Origin: Gemmatimonadales bacterium | GTDB taxonomy: Bacteria > Gemmatimonadota > Gemmatimonadetes > Gemmatimonadales > GWC2-71-9 | DNA: 64,000 bases | Reading direction: 5' to 3' | NCBI GenBank assembly: GCA_039794085.1 | Contig: JBDIWC010000008.1 | Coordinates: forward strand, 44,845-108,844 | In this document: positions 27,595-42,195 of the stretch, piece after piece | How the letters are laid out: each line of letters opens with the position of its first letter | How positions within the stretch are numbered: the first letter of the stretch is position 1 | Notes under the pieces: generated by a model | Told to the model about the DNA's origin: nothing | Databases searched by the model: none | Seen by the model: only the letters and a program-made list of their open reading frames with translations | Translations under genes and position numbers: made by a program

Positions 27595-29760
27595 TCAGAC
27601 CCCGATCGGGGCTTCGCGGCGCTCCACTTCGTGCACGCCCTTCACCTTCCGCACGGCCTTGAGCACCTTGGCAAGGTGGGGGAGGTTCTCCACCTCCACG
27701 AAGATGGTTCCGAAGGCCGACCCATCCTTGGTGTGGAGATCGGCGCCGCGGATGTTGGTGCCGGTGGTGCTGATCGCCTGCAGGATGTCGGCGTAGAGAC
27801 CGCGCCGGTCCACGGCGTTGAGGAGGAGGCGCACGGCGAACGACTCGCCCTCGACCTCGCGCCAGTCGATCTCGACCCGGCGATCGGGGTCATCCAGCGC
27901 CAGGAGGTTGGGGCAGTCGGCGCGATGGATCGAGATGCCCCGGCCCTGCGTCACATAGCCGACGACGGGGTCGCCGGGGACCGGCTGGCAGCACTGGGCG
28001 TATCGCACCATCAGTCCGCTCACCCCCTCGATCCGAATCCCCCGGCCGAGCCGGAACCGATCGAGCATCCGTCCGAACACGGTGGGTTTCGGCTCCGCCA
28101 CCTGCTCCGGTGTGAGGTCGGGATAGAGGGCGCGCATGACCTGTCCCAGCGCCAGGTCACCGCGGCCCACGGCGATCTCCAGCGCCTGGGCGTCCTCGAG
28201 GTTCAGGGCGGGTGCCGCCTGGTCCAGGGCCCCCTGACCCGGTGGCGCCAGCCGGCGGCGCCGGACCTCCCGGGCCAGAATCTCCTTCCCGAGCTGGAGG
28301 CTCTGCGATTCCTCGGCCATGCGCACCCACTGCTTGATCTTGTGCCGCGCCCGGGCGGTGGTGACGTGAGCCAGCCAATCCCGGCTCGGGCGCGGAGTCG
28401 TTCCGGTGAGGATCTCCACCGTGTCCCCATTACGCAACTCGCGGTGCAGCGGGGCGATCCGCCCGTTCACCTTGGCCCCCTGGCATCGCAGACCCACCTC
28501 GGTGTGAACATGGAAGGCGAAGTCGATGGCCGTGGCACCCTTCGGGAGCCGCTTGACATCCCCCTGCGGGGTGAACACGAAGATCTCGTCCTGGTACAGA
28601 TCCACCTTGAGGAACTCGAGGAACTCCTCCGGGGTATGGGTGTCCTGCTGCAGCTCGAGGAGCTGGCGGAACCATCCCAGATGCCGGTCCAGCTCGTCAT
28701 CCTCGGCATCGGCCTTGTAGAGCCAGTGGGCCGCAATGCCGTATTCCGCGGTCCGGTGCATTTCCCGAGTCCGGATCTGCACCTCGAACAGGTGGCCGCT
28801 CGGCCCGAAGATGGTCGTGTGCAGGGACTGATATCCGTTCGACTTGGGACTGGCGATGTAGTCCTTGATCCGCTCCTGCAGCGGAGTCCACCGGTGATGG
28901 ATCAGTCCCAGCACCTGGTAGCATTCGGCCACCGTGGGCACGATCACCCGCACGGCCATCATGTCGTAGATCTCTTCGAAGGGCGTGTTCCGCTTCCGCA
29001 TCTTCTGATAGATCGACCAGAGATGTTTGGGGCGACCGGTCACCTCCGCGGAAATCCCCTCCCGCTCGAGTTCCGCCTGCAGCGGTGTCTGGAGGGTCCG
29101 GACCAGTTCCTCCCGTTCGGCACGCCGGGCCGCCACCTGGCGGGCCAGCTGGACGTAGTCCTCCGGTTCCAGGAACTTGAAGGCCAGATCCTCCAGATCC
29201 GCCTTGATCCCCGCCATTCCGAACCGGTGAGCGAGGGGGGCGTAGATCTCCCGCGTTTCCAGGGCGATCCGTTCCCGGCGTTCGGGCGTCAGGTGCTGCA
29301 GGGTCCGCATGTTGTGGAGCCGGTCGGCCAGCTTGATGATGATGACCCGCGCATCCTTCGCGATCGACAGCAGAAGCTTCCGGTAGTTCTCCACCTGGCG
29401 CTCGGCGGTGGATCGGAAGGTGAGGTGTGAGATCTTGGTGAGGCCATCCACCAGGCCCGCCACCTCGGCCCCGAACTCCTGGGCCAGGTCCTCCGCCCCG
29501 ACGTCGGAATCCTCCACCACGTCGTGCAGGAGCGCCGCCGCGATGGACGTGGCATCGGGCAACTGTTCCACCAGGATACTGGCCACCGCGATCGAGTGGG
29601 AGATGAAATCCTCCCCGCTCATCCGTTTCTGGCCCCGGTGGGCACTCGCGCTGAAGGCCAGAGCCCGGTCGATCAGGTCCAGATCCACCCGCACATTATG
29701 CCGGGCCAGGAGCTCCCGGAATTCGATCGCCTGGGGGTGATCCAGTATCGCGTCGGTCAC
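27595..29760 (-). CDS. relA: Bifunctional (p)ppGpp synthetase/hydrolase
   Basis: Intact HD motif LLHDVVED, KLADRLHNMRT, RPKH, YQSLHT, EVQIRT, TGS, CC.PVPGD, ACT domain. Confidence 0.95.
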   Translation of the reverse strand: MTDAILDHPQAIEFRELLARHNVRVDLDLIDRALAFSASAHRGQKRMSGEDFISHSIAVASILVEQLPDATSIAAALLHDVVEDSDVGAEDLAQEFGAEVAGLVDGLTKISHLTFRSTAERQVENYRKLLLSIAKDARVIIIKLADRLHNMRTLQHLTPERRERIALETREIYAPLAHRFGMAGIKADLEDLAFKFLEPEDYVQLARQVAARRAEREELVRTLQTPLQAELEREGISAEVTGRPKHLWSIYQKMRKRNTPFEEIYDMMAVRVIVPTVAECYQVLGLIHHRWTPLQERIKDYIASPKSNGYQSLHTTIFGPSGHLFEVQIRTREMHRTAEYGIAAHWLYKADAEDDELDRHLGWFRQLLELQQDTHTPEEFLEFLKVDLYQDEIFVFTPQGDVKRLPKGATAIDFAFHVHTEVGLRCQGAKVNGRIAPLHRELRNGDTVEILTGTTPRPSRDWLAHVTTARARHKIKQWVRMAEESQSLQLGKEILAREVRRRRLAPPGQGALDQAAPALNLEDAQALEIAVGRGDLALGQVMRALYPDLTPEQVAEPKPTVFGRMLDRFRLGRGIRIEGVSGLMVRYAQCCQPVPGDPVVGYVTQGRGISIHRADCPNLLALDDPDRRVEIDWREVEGESFAVRLLLNAVDRRGLYADILQAISTTGTNIRGADLHTKDGSAFGTIFVEVENLPHLAKVLKAVRKVKGVHEVERREAPIGV

Positions 29761-30455
29761 AGCAACCCCGCCGCGGCAAAGCTGGTGTAGCAGTCCCCCG
29801 CCACGATGATGTGGTCCTGCACCGGAACGTCGAGGAGTTGTCCCGCGGCCACCAGCTGGCGGGTCACGATCTGGTCCTCCGCCGAGGGAGTGGGATCCCC
29901 GCTCGGATGATTGTGGACCAGAATGACCCCGGCGGCGGCTTCGGCGAGCACCGGCCGAAACACCTCGCGAGGGTGCACCAGGGAACTGTTCAGCAAACCA
30001 CGTGTCACCAGGATCTCCCGCAGTATCTGACTCTGGCTGTCAAGTGCCAGCACGCGAAACTCCTCCACCGTGAGGTCACGGAGTTGCGGCCCCACCCACC
30101 GGACCACATCCGCCGGGCTCCGCACCCGCCGCACCGGGGGCAGGACCTCCTCGGTCATCCGCCGACCGATTTCCAGGGCGGCCAGCAACCGCGCCGCCTT
30201 GGCGGGCCCGACCCCGGGTGACCGCAACAACTCGGCCGGAGGACGGGCGCCCAGTCGCCGGAGGGACCCTCCGGTGGAGGCGAGCAGGCGGGCGGACACC
30301 TGGAGGGCGTCCCGGCCCACGCCGCCGGTTCCTACAAGGATTGCCAGAAGTTCCGTTGCCGTCAATGCAGCCGGCCCGAGACGCCAGAGGCGTTCCCGGG
30401 GCCGGTCGGCCGGCCGGTCGGCCAGACTGTCAGGAGTGTCCGCGTGGAGGCCCAT
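29757..30455 (-). CDS. radC: RadC/JAB domain protein
   Basis: RPRERL, ELLAILVGTG, VHPREVF, HNHPSGDPTPSAED, DHII. Confidence 0.93.
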   Translation of the reverse strand: MGLHADTPDSLADRPADRPRERLWRLGPAALTATELLAILVGTGGVGRDALQVSARLLASTGGSLRRLGARPPAELLRSPGVGPAKAARLLAALEIGRRMTEEVLPPVRRVRSPADVVRWVGPQLRDLTVEEFRVLALDSQSQILREILVTRGLLNSSLVHPREVFRPVLAEAAAGVILVHNHPSGDPTPSAEDQIVTRQLVAAGQLLDVPVQDHIIVAGDCYTSFAAAGLL

Positions 30456-30527
30456 CCCCAACTCTATCCGAGTCAGGGTGGAGACGCGGATCCTTTCACC
30501 GCAGGACGGATGATCCCGACGAGGGAC

Positions 30528-33676
<3,149 letters not shown>

Positions 33677-33680
<4 letters not shown>

Positions 33681-34249
33681 GCCTCATCTTCCCGATAGAG
33701 CCGATGGGTGGCGATGTACTCCGCCACGGCATCGGGAACCCAGTACCGTATCGACCGTCCGGCGCGCACCCGGGCCCGGATCGCCGTCGAGGAAATGTCA
33801 ATGGCGGGGACCTCGACAGGGTCGAAGCTCCCCGGAACGGTCCTCCCGTTCCGAGCGAACACCACCACCCGGGACACCCGAGACCGGATCACCTCCGGCT
33901 CCCTCCAGGTCTCGAAGTCCGCGGCGGCATCGGCCCCGAGCAGAAGTACCCACTCGGTTCCGGGCTCCGCCTGCGTGAGCAGAGCGAGGGTGTCCACCGT
34001 GTAGGAGGGACCGGGGCGGTCCAACTCCGTCCGATCGATCCGCAACTGGGGGTGCCCTCGCACCGCCGACTCCAACATGGCCGCGCGATGTTCTCCCGAG
34101 GCGGCGTGCCGTCCCTCCTTCAGGGGCTGGTGCCGCGCCACCAGGAGCCGGACATGATCGAGCCCGATCCGGTCCGCCAGCGTTTGCGCCACGATCAGGT
34201 GGCCGTGGTGGATCGGGTCGAACGATCCCCCGAAGATCCCGGTCGCCAC
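33677..34249 (-). CDS. nadD: Nicotinate-nucleotide adenylyltransferase
   Basis: [31 protein letters not shown] 34249. Confidence 0.94.
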
Positions 34250-34250
34250 G

Positions 34251-35048
34251 TCAGGGGGTGACCAACCGGGGGGGAACCGAACAGGCCCCTCCCACCCCGG
34301 GTGCTCCGGCGTGCTGGCGGAGAAGATAGTCGCAGGTTTCGCGCAGATCCTCCTCATACCCGAGTCTGTCGTAGGTCTCGACCATCTTGATCAGCGCCTG
34401 CGGAGCGATGGACGTCCGGGGATACTCGGACACCAGGTTGCGCAGCGCCAGGAGGGCACTGTCCCACGCCTTGAACCGGAGATAGAACAGGGCCGTCTTG
34501 AACTCCTTGAAGGCGAACTTTTCGTTGAGATCGGCGATCCGCATCGAGGCGATCCGCGCCGCGTCCGTCCCCGGGTATCGCTCCGTGACCTCGCGGTAGA
34601 TACTCATCGCCGTCGCCCCGTAGGTGGGATCGAGTTCCGGCCGACGCCAGAGCCCGGCATAGGCATCCCCGGCTCGCAACAACGCCTGGGGAGCGAGGGT
34701 GTGACCGGGAGTTTCGTCGGCCAGGCGGCGGAACGCCCTGACGGCCAGGAGGTTCTCGCGCCGGGCAAGCTGGATTTCGGCAAGGAAGAAGCTGGCCTCC
34801 ACCAAGCGGGGATCGGTGGAGGGCAACTGGATCTGTGCCACCTGGAACGCGGTCGCCGCCTTCGCCCATTTTCCGGTCCGATAGAGCTGCACGGCACGGA
34901 GCCAGGACGAATCGGCCTGGGACGCGGTCACGTCGCTCGAAGCCAGGACCGGGTCCAGAACGCCCGGTCTCCCTCCTCCTCCAAAGCAGGACGCCCCACT
35001 GAGCAGGAGGGCGAGAGACAGGACAACGACCTCGGAACGACGGGTCAC
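34251..35048 (-). CDS. bamD: Outer membrane protein assembly factor BamD
   Basis: Lipoprotein-like signal (GASC), TPRs, PELDPT, KEFKTALFYLR..AWDSA...YP.T..APQAL. Confidence 0.8.
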   Translation of the reverse strand: MTRRSEVVVLSLALLLSGASCFGGGGRPGVLDPVLASSDVTASQADSSWLRAVQLYRTGKWAKAATAFQVAQIQLPSTDPRLVEASFFLAEIQLARRENLLAVRAFRRLADETPGHTLAPQALLRAGDAYAGLWRRPELDPTYGATAMSIYREVTERYPGTDAARIASMRIADLNEKFAFKEFKTALFYLRFKAWDSALLALRNLVSEYPRTSIAPQALIKMVETYDRLGYEEDLRETCDYLLRQHAGAPGVGGACSVPPRLVTP

Positions 35049-35992
35049 GTCCCGCTCTTCCCGCCGGGTCGCGACGTCCCCGTGTCGGGACGGAGGGCGG
35101 CCATCCTCTCCCATGCCATTGTCGTCACGCTGTCCAATCCATCCTCCCCGATGCTGCCGTGATCCAGGACCCATTGCCAGGCCAGAAGCGCCCCCAGGAC
35201 GTCACCCTGCCTCAACCGCGCGTCCCCCACTCCCACCCGGGCCCGCCGACCGGGAGCCCCGAGCGAGTCGGTCCGGAGGACCGTACGGAACCAGGTTTCC
35301 GCCACCTGAGGCTGGTCCGCGTCGAGGGCATCCATTCCGAGCCGTAGTCCGCAGGACGTCAGACCGTCTCGGGCGGCTGCGCGCGCCTCCACGCTCCGGG
35401 TCCTCCGCAGCGCCACCGCATAGCTCTGGGTCGCGGCGTCGCACGCGGTGGTTTCCCGGAGCGCGTTTCCCCACGCCAGGAGGAGGGAGTCGACCAGCCG
35501 AGGATTCCCCGCCGCGCCGAGTGCCGCCGGGATCAAGACAACCGATTCACTCACCCCGAGTGTCCCTCCCCGTACCACGGTCAGCGAGGCGATTCCGACC
35601 GGTCGCTCCGGTGCGAGGCGCCGCAGCACGAGGATCGCCTCCCGTGCGGAGGTGAGGTCGGCCGGACGCTCGCGCAGGGCAGCCCGCACGATGCGCTCAA
35701 TCCCGATGACGGCCTCCCCGGTGCGCTCGGGATCGGCGCTTGCCAGCTCCTGGAACGCCACGGTGGCCATCCGGTACTGGTCGGCCGCGAGAGCCGCCGC
35801 CCCGGCCTTGGCCCAGACCGTGGCGACCGGCCGCGACTGGGCGGCCATCTGATACTCCGCGCTGGCAGCCCCAAACCGGCCCTCCAGATAGGCGGCGTCC
35901 CCCAGCCGCTCATGATCGGCGGTCGTCCCTTCGCACCCGGTCACCCCCCATGCACAGACCGACACCAGCACCAGCCCAGCTCGTGTCCTCAT
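35045..35992 (-). CDS. Hypothetical TPR-like lipoprotein
   Basis: Lipobox VTGC, helical repeats; coupled to neighbours by overlapping stop/start. Confidence 0.65.
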   Translation of the reverse strand: MRTRAGLVLVSVCAWGVTGCEGTTADHERLGDAAYLEGRFGAASAEYQMAAQSRPVATVWAKAGAAALAADQYRMATVAFQELASADPERTGEAVIGIERIVRAALRERPADLTSAREAILVLRRLAPERPVGIASLTVVRGGTLGVSESVVLIPAALGAAGNPRLVDSLLLAWGNALRETTACDAATQSYAVALRRTRSVEARAAARDGLTSCGLRLGMDALDADQPQVAETWFRTVLRTDSLGAPGRRARVGVGDARLRQGDVLGALLAWQWVLDHGSIGEDGLDSVTTMAWERMAALRPDTGTSRPGGKSGT

Positions 35993-36702
35993 CACCCCTC
36001 GATCCGGCCAGCCATGGCGAGGTAGGCGGACACGCGGGCATGGCCGGGGCGTTTGGAGAGGCACTCCTTCCAGATGTCCCGCGCACCGCCAGGATCGCCT
36101 GAAAGGTAACGGGCCAGCCCGAGAGACGCCTGGGCATCGAGAAAATCGGGGTTGGCGTCGACAATGCGCTCCAGCTCATCCCGGGCCGCGAGCGCCTGGC
36201 CCGCCTCGAGGAGGAGCCGGGCCAGCCGGTAGCGAAGGTCATGGAATCCCGGGCCCAGCTCCACGGCCCGGCGCAGCTGCTCCACCGCCTGGCGGAGCGC
36301 TCCCGCGCTGGCATACGCCTGGCCCAGGGCGGCGTGCTGGTTGGCAAGGGCCGAGGCCACCGGAGCGCTGAATCCTTCCACGCGATCGGGGGGGTGATGG
36401 GACGCGGCGGTGCGGAAGGCCTCTTCGGCCTCGTCCGACCGGCCCATTTCGTTCAGGACGATCCCCCGGTGGACGTGGGCCTCCAGATACCGGGGGTTGA
36501 TGGCCAGGGCGGCATCGAAGGCTTCCACCGCCCGGTCATGATGACCCAGCATCGACCGCGAGAGGCCCAGGAGGTGGTACACGTCGGCGAAGGCCTGCCC
36601 CTCGCCGAGAAGTTCCTCCAGAAAGTGAGCCGCCCCATAATAGTCCTGCACCGCAAATCGCTCACGGGCCTGGGACAGACGATGTTCAACACTGATGTCC
36701 AT
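35992..36702 (-). CDS. TPR protein
   Basis: Multiple TPRs (FADVYHLLG, INPRYLEAHVHRG, PGFHDLRYRLA, NPDFLDAQASLG). Confidence 0.85.
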   Translation of the reverse strand: MDISVEHRLSQARERFAVQDYYGAAHFLEELLGEGQAFADVYHLLGLSRSMLGHHDRAVEAFDAALAINPRYLEAHVHRGIVLNEMGRSDEAEEAFRTAASHHPPDRVEGFSAPVASALANQHAALGQAYASAGALRQAVEQLRRAVELGPGFHDLRYRLARLLLEAGQALAARDELERIVDANPDFLDAQASLGLARYLSGDPGGARDIWKECLSKRPGHARVSAYLAMAGRIEG

Positions 36703-37654
36703 AGGTCTCCTGAAACCACGCAGCGAAACGCGCCACCCCGTCCTCCAGCGGGACTCGGGGCCGAAAGCCCAGTTCGGCGGCGGCACGGGACAGATCGGCG
36801 GCCGTGCGTTCCACATCCCCAGCCGGAAGGGGCGACCAGATCACGACCGGGGTCACGCCAAGGACCCGGGCCAGCGTCGTGAGGAGCGTCAGGACGGGCA
36901 CCGGGTTGCTCCCCCCCAAATTGTAATATCGCACCCCAGGTGATGCCGTGGCGGTCCATTCCATCGCCGACAGGACCCCCGCAACGATGTCACTGATGTA
37001 AGTATAGTCGCGGGCCTGACTTCCGTCGCCGAACAACGTGACGGGCTCCCTGGCGGCCAGGCGCCGAGCAAAGGTCTGCAGGGCCAGATCAGGCCTCTGG
37101 CGTGGTCCGATCACGGTAAAGAAACGCAGTGCGGCCACGCGAACCCCGACATGCGGGGCCAGTGACTCCAGCATCAACTCGGCACTCCGTTTGGAGGCGG
37201 CGTAGGGGGAGATCGGGTGTGCCGCCGCGGCATCCTCCCGGAACGGACTCGGGGTCGCGTTGCCATACACGGAGGAACTCGAGGCAAAGACGAGCCGGGT
37301 GGCCGCGCGGCGGCGCATCGCTTCCACCACAGACAGGGTGCCCGTCACATTCGTCCGAGCGTACCCCATGGGATCGCGGAGAGAAGGTCGTACTCCGGGA
37401 CGGGCCGCGAGGTGGATCACTGTGGTGTCCCCTTCGATGAGCTCCGTCAGGAGATCGGTGTCGAGGATGTCGCCCTCAACCATCCGGTACCGGGGGTGCG
37501 ACAGAAAGGCGGACAGGTTCCGCAGCTTGATGGCCCGGTCATAGAAGGGGTCAAAATTGTCGAGCCCGATGACGTCGTGCCCCTGCTCCAACGCGGTTTC
37601 CGCCAGATGGGAGCCCAGGAACCCGGCCGCTCCGGTCACCAGGAGCCGCGTCAC
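36686..37654 (-). CDS. NAD-dependent epimerase (UDP-glucuronate 4-epimerase-like)
   Basis: [45 protein letters not shown]. Confidence 0.85.
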   Translation of the reverse strand: MTRLLVTGAAGFLGSHLAETALEQGHDVIGLDNFDPFYDRAIKLRNLSAFLSHPRYRMVEGDILDTDLLTELIEGDTTVIHLAARPGVRPSLRDPMGYARTNVTGTLSVVEAMRRRAATRLVFASSSSVYGNATPSPFREDAAAAHPISPYAASKRSAELMLESLAPHVGVRVAALRFFTVIGPRQRPDLALQTFARRLAAREPVTLFGDGSQARDYTYISDIVAGVLSAMEWTATASPGVRYYNLGGSNPVPVLTLLTTLARVLGVTPVVIWSPLPAGDVERTAADLSRAAAELGFRPRVPLEDGVARFAAWFQETYGHQC

Positions 37655-38586
37655 GGAGCAGGATGGCCCTGGAAGAAGGCGATGGTGCGCTGCAGTCCTT
37701 CCTCCAACTGCACCGTGGGCTCCCACCCCAGAATCGTGGACGCGTGGGTGATGTCCGGCTGCCGCACCGTGGGATCATCGACCGGGAGCGGTTCCTCCCG
37801 AATGGGAGAGGACGACCCGGTCAGGCGGAGCACCAGGGCGGCGAGTTCCCGGATGGTGAACTCGTTGGGGTTCCCGATGTTGGTCGGGTCGACTCGTTCG
37901 CTGTGGAAGAGGCGGGTGATCCCGTCCACCAGGTCGCTGACGAAGCAGAAGGACCGGGTCTGGGAGCCGGAGCCATACATGGTCAGGGGCTCGCCTCGGA
38001 GTGCCTGCACGATGAAATTGGACACCACACGACCGTCTTGCTCCCGCATCCGTGGTCCATAGGTGTTGAAGATCCGGACGATCCGCGTTTCGACACCATG
38101 GGCCCGGTGATAGGCCATGGTCATGGCTTCGGCAAACCGCTTGGCTTCGTCATACACTCCCCGAGGCCCTACCGGGTTGACGTTGCCCCAATAGGTCTCG
38201 GGCTGGGGGTGGACCTTGGGGTCCCCATACACTTCCGAGGTCGAGGCGAGGAGAAAGCGGGCCCCTGCGGCGCGAGCCAATCCGAGAGCATTGTGGGTAC
38301 CGAGGCTCCCCACCTTCAGGGTCTGGATCGGGTACCGGAGATAGTCCACCGGGCTCGCGGGGGAAGCGAAGTGGAGCACTCCATCGAGCGGTTCCGGAAC
38401 GGTGAGGTGGGTCGTCACATCCTGCTGGATGAGCCGAAACCTGTCATGGCCCGCCAGGTGGGCGACATTCTCGGGACGTCCGGTCAGAAAGTTGTCCACA
38501 CCGATGACCGTGTGTCCATCGGCCAGGAAGCGGTCCGTCAAGTGGGATCCGAGGAAGCCGGCGGCCCCGGTGATGAGGACCCTCAT
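37651..38586 (-). CDS. uxs: UDP-glucuronate decarboxylase (UDP-xylose synthase)
   Basis: [49 protein letters not shown]. Confidence 0.88.
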   Translation of the reverse strand: MRVLITGAAGFLGSHLTDRFLADGHTVIGVDNFLTGRPENVAHLAGHDRFRLIQQDVTTHLTVPEPLDGVLHFASPASPVDYLRYPIQTLKVGSLGTHNALGLARAAGARFLLASTSEVYGDPKVHPQPETYWGNVNPVGPRGVYDEAKRFAEAMTMAYHRAHGVETRIVRIFNTYGPRMREQDGRVVSNFIVQALRGEPLTMYGSGSQTRSFCFVSDLVDGITRLFHSERVDPTNIGNPNEFTIRELAALVLRLTGSSSPIREEPLPVDDPTVRQPDITHASTILGWEPTVQLEEGLQRTIAFFQGHPAP

Positions 38587-39890
38587 GCCCCCCCCCTCCC
38601 CACGCCCAGGTATCGAAACCCGTGCCGGGCCATCCGGTCCGGAGAGTAGAGATTGCGGCCATCCACGATGCAGGGGGTCTCGAGAAGATCGCGGAGGCGC
38701 TCGAAGTCGGGGTTCCGATACATCAGCCACTCGGTCACGATCACCAGGGCCGACGCCCCGCGAGCGGCCTCATACGGATCGGTGTGGTAGGTGATCCGGT
38801 CCCCGAAGTGAACGCCAAAGGTGTCCAGGGCCTTGGGGTCGTGCACATGGACGCCTGCCCCGGCCTCCAGCAGACTCTCCACCAGCGGAATGGCCGGACT
38901 CTCCCGCACATCGTCCGTGCCCGCCTTGAAGCTGAGTCCCCACACGGCGACCCGTCGTCCCGCCAGATCGGGGCCGAGGGCCACCCGCACTTTCCGGAAC
39001 AGCATGCCCTTCTGGTGCCGGTTGACCGATTCCACCGCTTCCAGGAGGGAGGGGGTGATGCCCGCCTCTCGCGCCGTTCCGATCAGGGCACGAACGTCCT
39101 TCGGAAAGCAGGACCCGCCGTACCCCGGGCCGGGAAAGAGAAAGGAGCTGCCGATACGGGAATCGGTGGCCATGCCATGCCGCACCAGGGAGACGTCCGC
39201 GCCCACCCGTTCGCAGATCTCCGCCACCTGGTTCATGAAGGAGATCCGGGCGGCCAACATCGCATTGGCGGCATACTTGGTGATTTCGGCGGAACAGATG
39301 TCCATGAACAGGATCGGATTCCCGGTCCGCACGAACGGAGCATAGAGCTCTCCCATGATGTCGCGGGCTTCGTCCGAATCCACCCCGATCACGACACGAT
39401 CGGGCTTCATGAAATCATCCACCGCCGCCCCCTCCTTCAGAAACTCGGGATTGGAGCACACGCTGAACGACACATCGGTTTCGGCGGCGATCGCCTCCCG
39501 CACGCGGGCGGCGGTGCCGACCGGCACGGTCGACTTGGTGACCACCACGGTCGGTTCCCGCATGTGGCGGCCGATGGCCCGGGCCACCGCCAGGACGTGC
39601 TGCAGGTCGGCCGATCCGTCCTCCTGGGGAGGCGTTCCCACCGCGATGAAGATTACCCGGGCGTGGCGGACCGCCAGGCCCACGTCACTGGTGAACCGGA
39701 GGCGGCCGTCCGCCAGGTTCTGGCGCACCAGCGGCTCCAGCCCCGGCTCATAGATGGGAATGTCCCCGGCTGTCAGCCGCGTTACCTTCGCCTCGTCGAT
39801 GTCGGCGCAGATGACGTCGTTGCCGGTCTCGGCGAAGCACGCCCCGGCCACCAGACCAACATATCCCGTTCCCACCACGGCGAGGCGCAT
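38583..39890 (-). CDS. ugd: UDP-glucose 6-dehydrogenase
   Basis: [33 protein letters not shown]. Confidence 0.9.
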   Translation of the reverse strand: MRLAVVGTGYVGLVAGACFAETGNDVICADIDEAKVTRLTAGDIPIYEPGLEPLVRQNLADGRLRFTSDVGLAVRHARVIFIAVGTPPQEDGSADLQHVLAVARAIGRHMREPTVVVTKSTVPVGTAARVREAIAAETDVSFSVCSNPEFLKEGAAVDDFMKPDRVVIGVDSDEARDIMGELYAPFVRTGNPILFMDICSAEITKYAANAMLAARISFMNQVAEICERVGADVSLVRHGMATDSRIGSSFLFPGPGYGGSCFPKDVRALIGTAREAGITPSLLEAVESVNRHQKGMLFRKVRVALGPDLAGRRVAVWGLSFKAGTDDVRESPAIPLVESLLEAGAGVHVHDPKALDTFGVHFGDRITYHTDPYEAARGASALVIVTEWLMYRNPDFERLRDLLETPCIVDGRNLYSPDRMARHGFRYLGVGRGGA

Positions 39891-39894
39891 CCGA

Positions 39895-41181
39895 TCACCG
39901 TACCGTCGCGAGGGCGTTCCGGGTGTCGACCACCAGGCGCGCCCGGGTCCGCACCAGGTCATAGTCGATCGCCGAATGATCGGTGACGATCATCACGCAG
40001 TCCGCGGCCGCCAAGGCATCCGCCGTGAGGGGGATCGAGGCCAGATCGTGCCCATCCTCCCGGAACTGCGGCACATAGGGATCATGGTACTGAACCCGGG
40101 CTCCCTGCCCCTCCAGCAGGCGGATGATGTCGAGGGCGGGACTCTCCCGGAGATCCTCGATGTCCCGCTTGTAGGCCACCCCCAGAATGAGAACCGTGGA
40201 CCCCCGGACGGGACGGCCTCGGGAGTTGAGGGCATCCCCCACCTTGCGGACCCAGAACACCGGCATCTCCGTGTTGACCTCGCCGGCCAGGTCGATGAAG
40301 CGGGTTTTGTAGTTGAGGCCCCGCATCTTCCACGCGAGGTAATGCGGATCGATCGGAATGCAGTGCCCGCCCAGTCCCGGTCCCGGAAGGAACTTCATGA
40401 AGCCGAACGGCTTGGTGGCCGCCGCCTCGATGACCTCCCAGACGTTCACGCCGAGCTTGTCGCACACGATCGCCATCTCGTTGGCGAGGCCGATGTTCAC
40501 GCTGCGGAAGGTGTTCTCCAGCAGCTTGACGAGTTCCGCGGCCTCGGTGGTCGTCACCGGCACCAGCGTGTCGATGGCCGGCTGATAGAGCGCCATGACG
40601 ACGCGGGTGCAATCCTCGGTGATTCCGCCCACGACCTTGGGCGTGTTCCGCGTTCCGTACACCGGATTTCCCGGGTCGACGCGTTCGGGAGAAAAGGCGA
40701 GAAAGAAATCCTTCCCCACCACCAAGCCGGTGCTCTCGAGGGCGGGCAACAGGATCTCGCGGGTGGTCCCGGGGTACGTCGTGCTTTCCAGGATCACCGC
40801 CTGTCCCCGGCGGAGGATCTTCTTCACCGCGTCGGTCGCCGCGACGATGTAGCTGACGTCCGGATCCTTGAACTTGGAGAGAGGAGTGGGGACGCAGATC
40901 GACACCACATCGGCCTCCGCCAACCGGGCCGGATCGGTCGTGGCGGAAAATCGGCCCGCCTTCACCACGGCCTGGAGCGCGGAATCGGAAACATCCTTGA
41001 CGTGGGAATGTCCCCGGTTGAGGCCCTCCACGACGCCCGGATGGATGTCATACCCCAGCACCCGATACCCCGCCTGCGCGAGTTCCACCGCCAGGGGAAG
41101 CCCCACGTACCCCAGTCCGATGATGCCAAACAGCGCTTCGCGTCGCTCCGCCAGACCAACCAGATCATCCGCAACCGACAT
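39895..41181 (-). CDS. UDP-GlcNAc 6-dehydrogenase (WbpA-like)
   Basis: GLGYVGLPLA, ESTTYPGTT, SPERVDPGN, GPGLGGHCIPIDP. Confidence 0.85.
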   Translation of the reverse strand: MSVADDLVGLAERREALFGIIGLGYVGLPLAVELAQAGYRVLGYDIHPGVVEGLNRGHSHVKDVSDSALQAVVKAGRFSATTDPARLAEADVVSICVPTPLSKFKDPDVSYIVAATDAVKKILRRGQAVILESTTYPGTTREILLPALESTGLVVGKDFFLAFSPERVDPGNPVYGTRNTPKVVGGITEDCTRVVMALYQPAIDTLVPVTTTEAAELVKLLENTFRSVNIGLANEMAIVCDKLGVNVWEVIEAAATKPFGFMKFLPGPGLGGHCIPIDPHYLAWKMRGLNYKTRFIDLAGEVNTEMPVFWVRKVGDALNSRGRPVRGSTVLILGVAYKRDIEDLRESPALDIIRLLEGQGARVQYHDPYVPQFREDGHDLASIPLTADALAAADCVMIVTDHSAIDYDLVRTRARLVVDTRNALATVR

Positions 41182-42195
41182 CTAATCTTCCTCCACCTGA
41201 ACCGGTGAACCATCCTGAGACAACGAACGGGTGGCCGCCTCCAGCACCCGGACGACACGAACGCCATCCGCCGCATCGGCTCGAGCCACCTCCTCACCCC
41301 TCACCACCCCGACAAAGTGGCTGAACTGAACCGACAGGGGCTCCACATTCGACACCCGGGGAATGAAGATGTCCCCCTCCCGGATCGCCAGACTCTCCCC
41401 GAAGGACCGATAGTCCGGGGGACGGTCCACCCCCTTGTCATAGATTCGAAGCTTCTCCCGGGGGGCCATGTCATCGAACACCGCCATCTGCCGGGATCCC
41501 ACCACCGTGAATCGCCGTTCCTTGTGGGGGTCGAGCCACGACATCTGCGCGTGTGCCACAGTCCCCGACCGGAAGGTCATGGCCAGGAACACCACATCCT
41601 CGATACCGGGCTGCAGGAAGGAACTCCCCTGCGCCGCCACCCGTATCGGCATCTCCCCCAGCAGGTACAGTGCCACGGACACATCATGCGGGCCAAAACT
41701 CCACAGCGCGTTCTCGTCGGGACGAACCTGGCCCAGATTCACCCGCTGGGAATAGAGATAGTACACGTCACCCAATGTTCCCTCTGCAATGAGGGTCTTG
41801 AGACGGTCCACGACAGGGTGGTATTCCAGCAAGTGCCCCACCAAGAGCGGCACCCCGCTCCGTGAAGCAGTCTCGGCCAACCGCTCGGCATCCGCCACCG
41901 TCAGCGCGAACGGCTTCTCCACGAGGGTCGGGATGCCCGCCGCGATCGTCTGCTGCGCAAGGGGCGCATGGGTTCGGGCGGGAGTGGCCACGATCACCGC
42001 CTCCACCACTCCCAGAAGCGCCTCGAGGGACTCGGTGACCATCACCCCGGGATACTGCCGCTGCAACCGCTCCCGAATCACGGGATCGGTCTCACACACG
42101 CCAGCCAGTTCGGCCGCGGGATGGCTCGCCACGGTGCGGACGTGGTTCCGTCCCCATGCGCCCGCTCCCACGACCCCCACTCTCACGCGGCTCAC
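41182..42195 (-). CDS. Gfo/Idh/MocA oxidoreductase (WbpB-like 3-dehydrogenase)
   Basis: GAGAWG, VEKP, ENALWSFGPHD, SWLDPHK; GTG 42195; context. Confidence 0.8.
   Translation of the reverse strand: MSRVRVGVVGAGAWGRNHVRTVASHPAAELAGVCETDPVIRERLQRQYPGVMVTESLEALLGVVEAVIVATPARTHAPLAQQTIAAGIPTLVEKPFALTVADAERLAETASRSGVPLLVGHLLEYHPVVDRLKTLIAEGTLGDVYYLYSQRVNLGQVRPDENALWSFGPHDVSVALYLLGEMPIRVAAQGSSFLQPGIEDVVFLAMTFRSGTVAHAQMSWLDPHKERRFTVVGSRQMAVFDDMAPREKLRIYDKGVDRPPDYRSFGESLAIREGDIFIPRVSNVEPLSVQFSHFVGVVRGEEVARADAADGVRVVRVLEAATRSLSQDGSPVQVEED

Noticed and set aside
27160..30455. EVE + RelA + RadC(JAB) as a defence or toxin module
   Set aside because: All three are full-length housekeeping-type proteins; no nuclease, E1/E2 or small alarmone synthetase nearby
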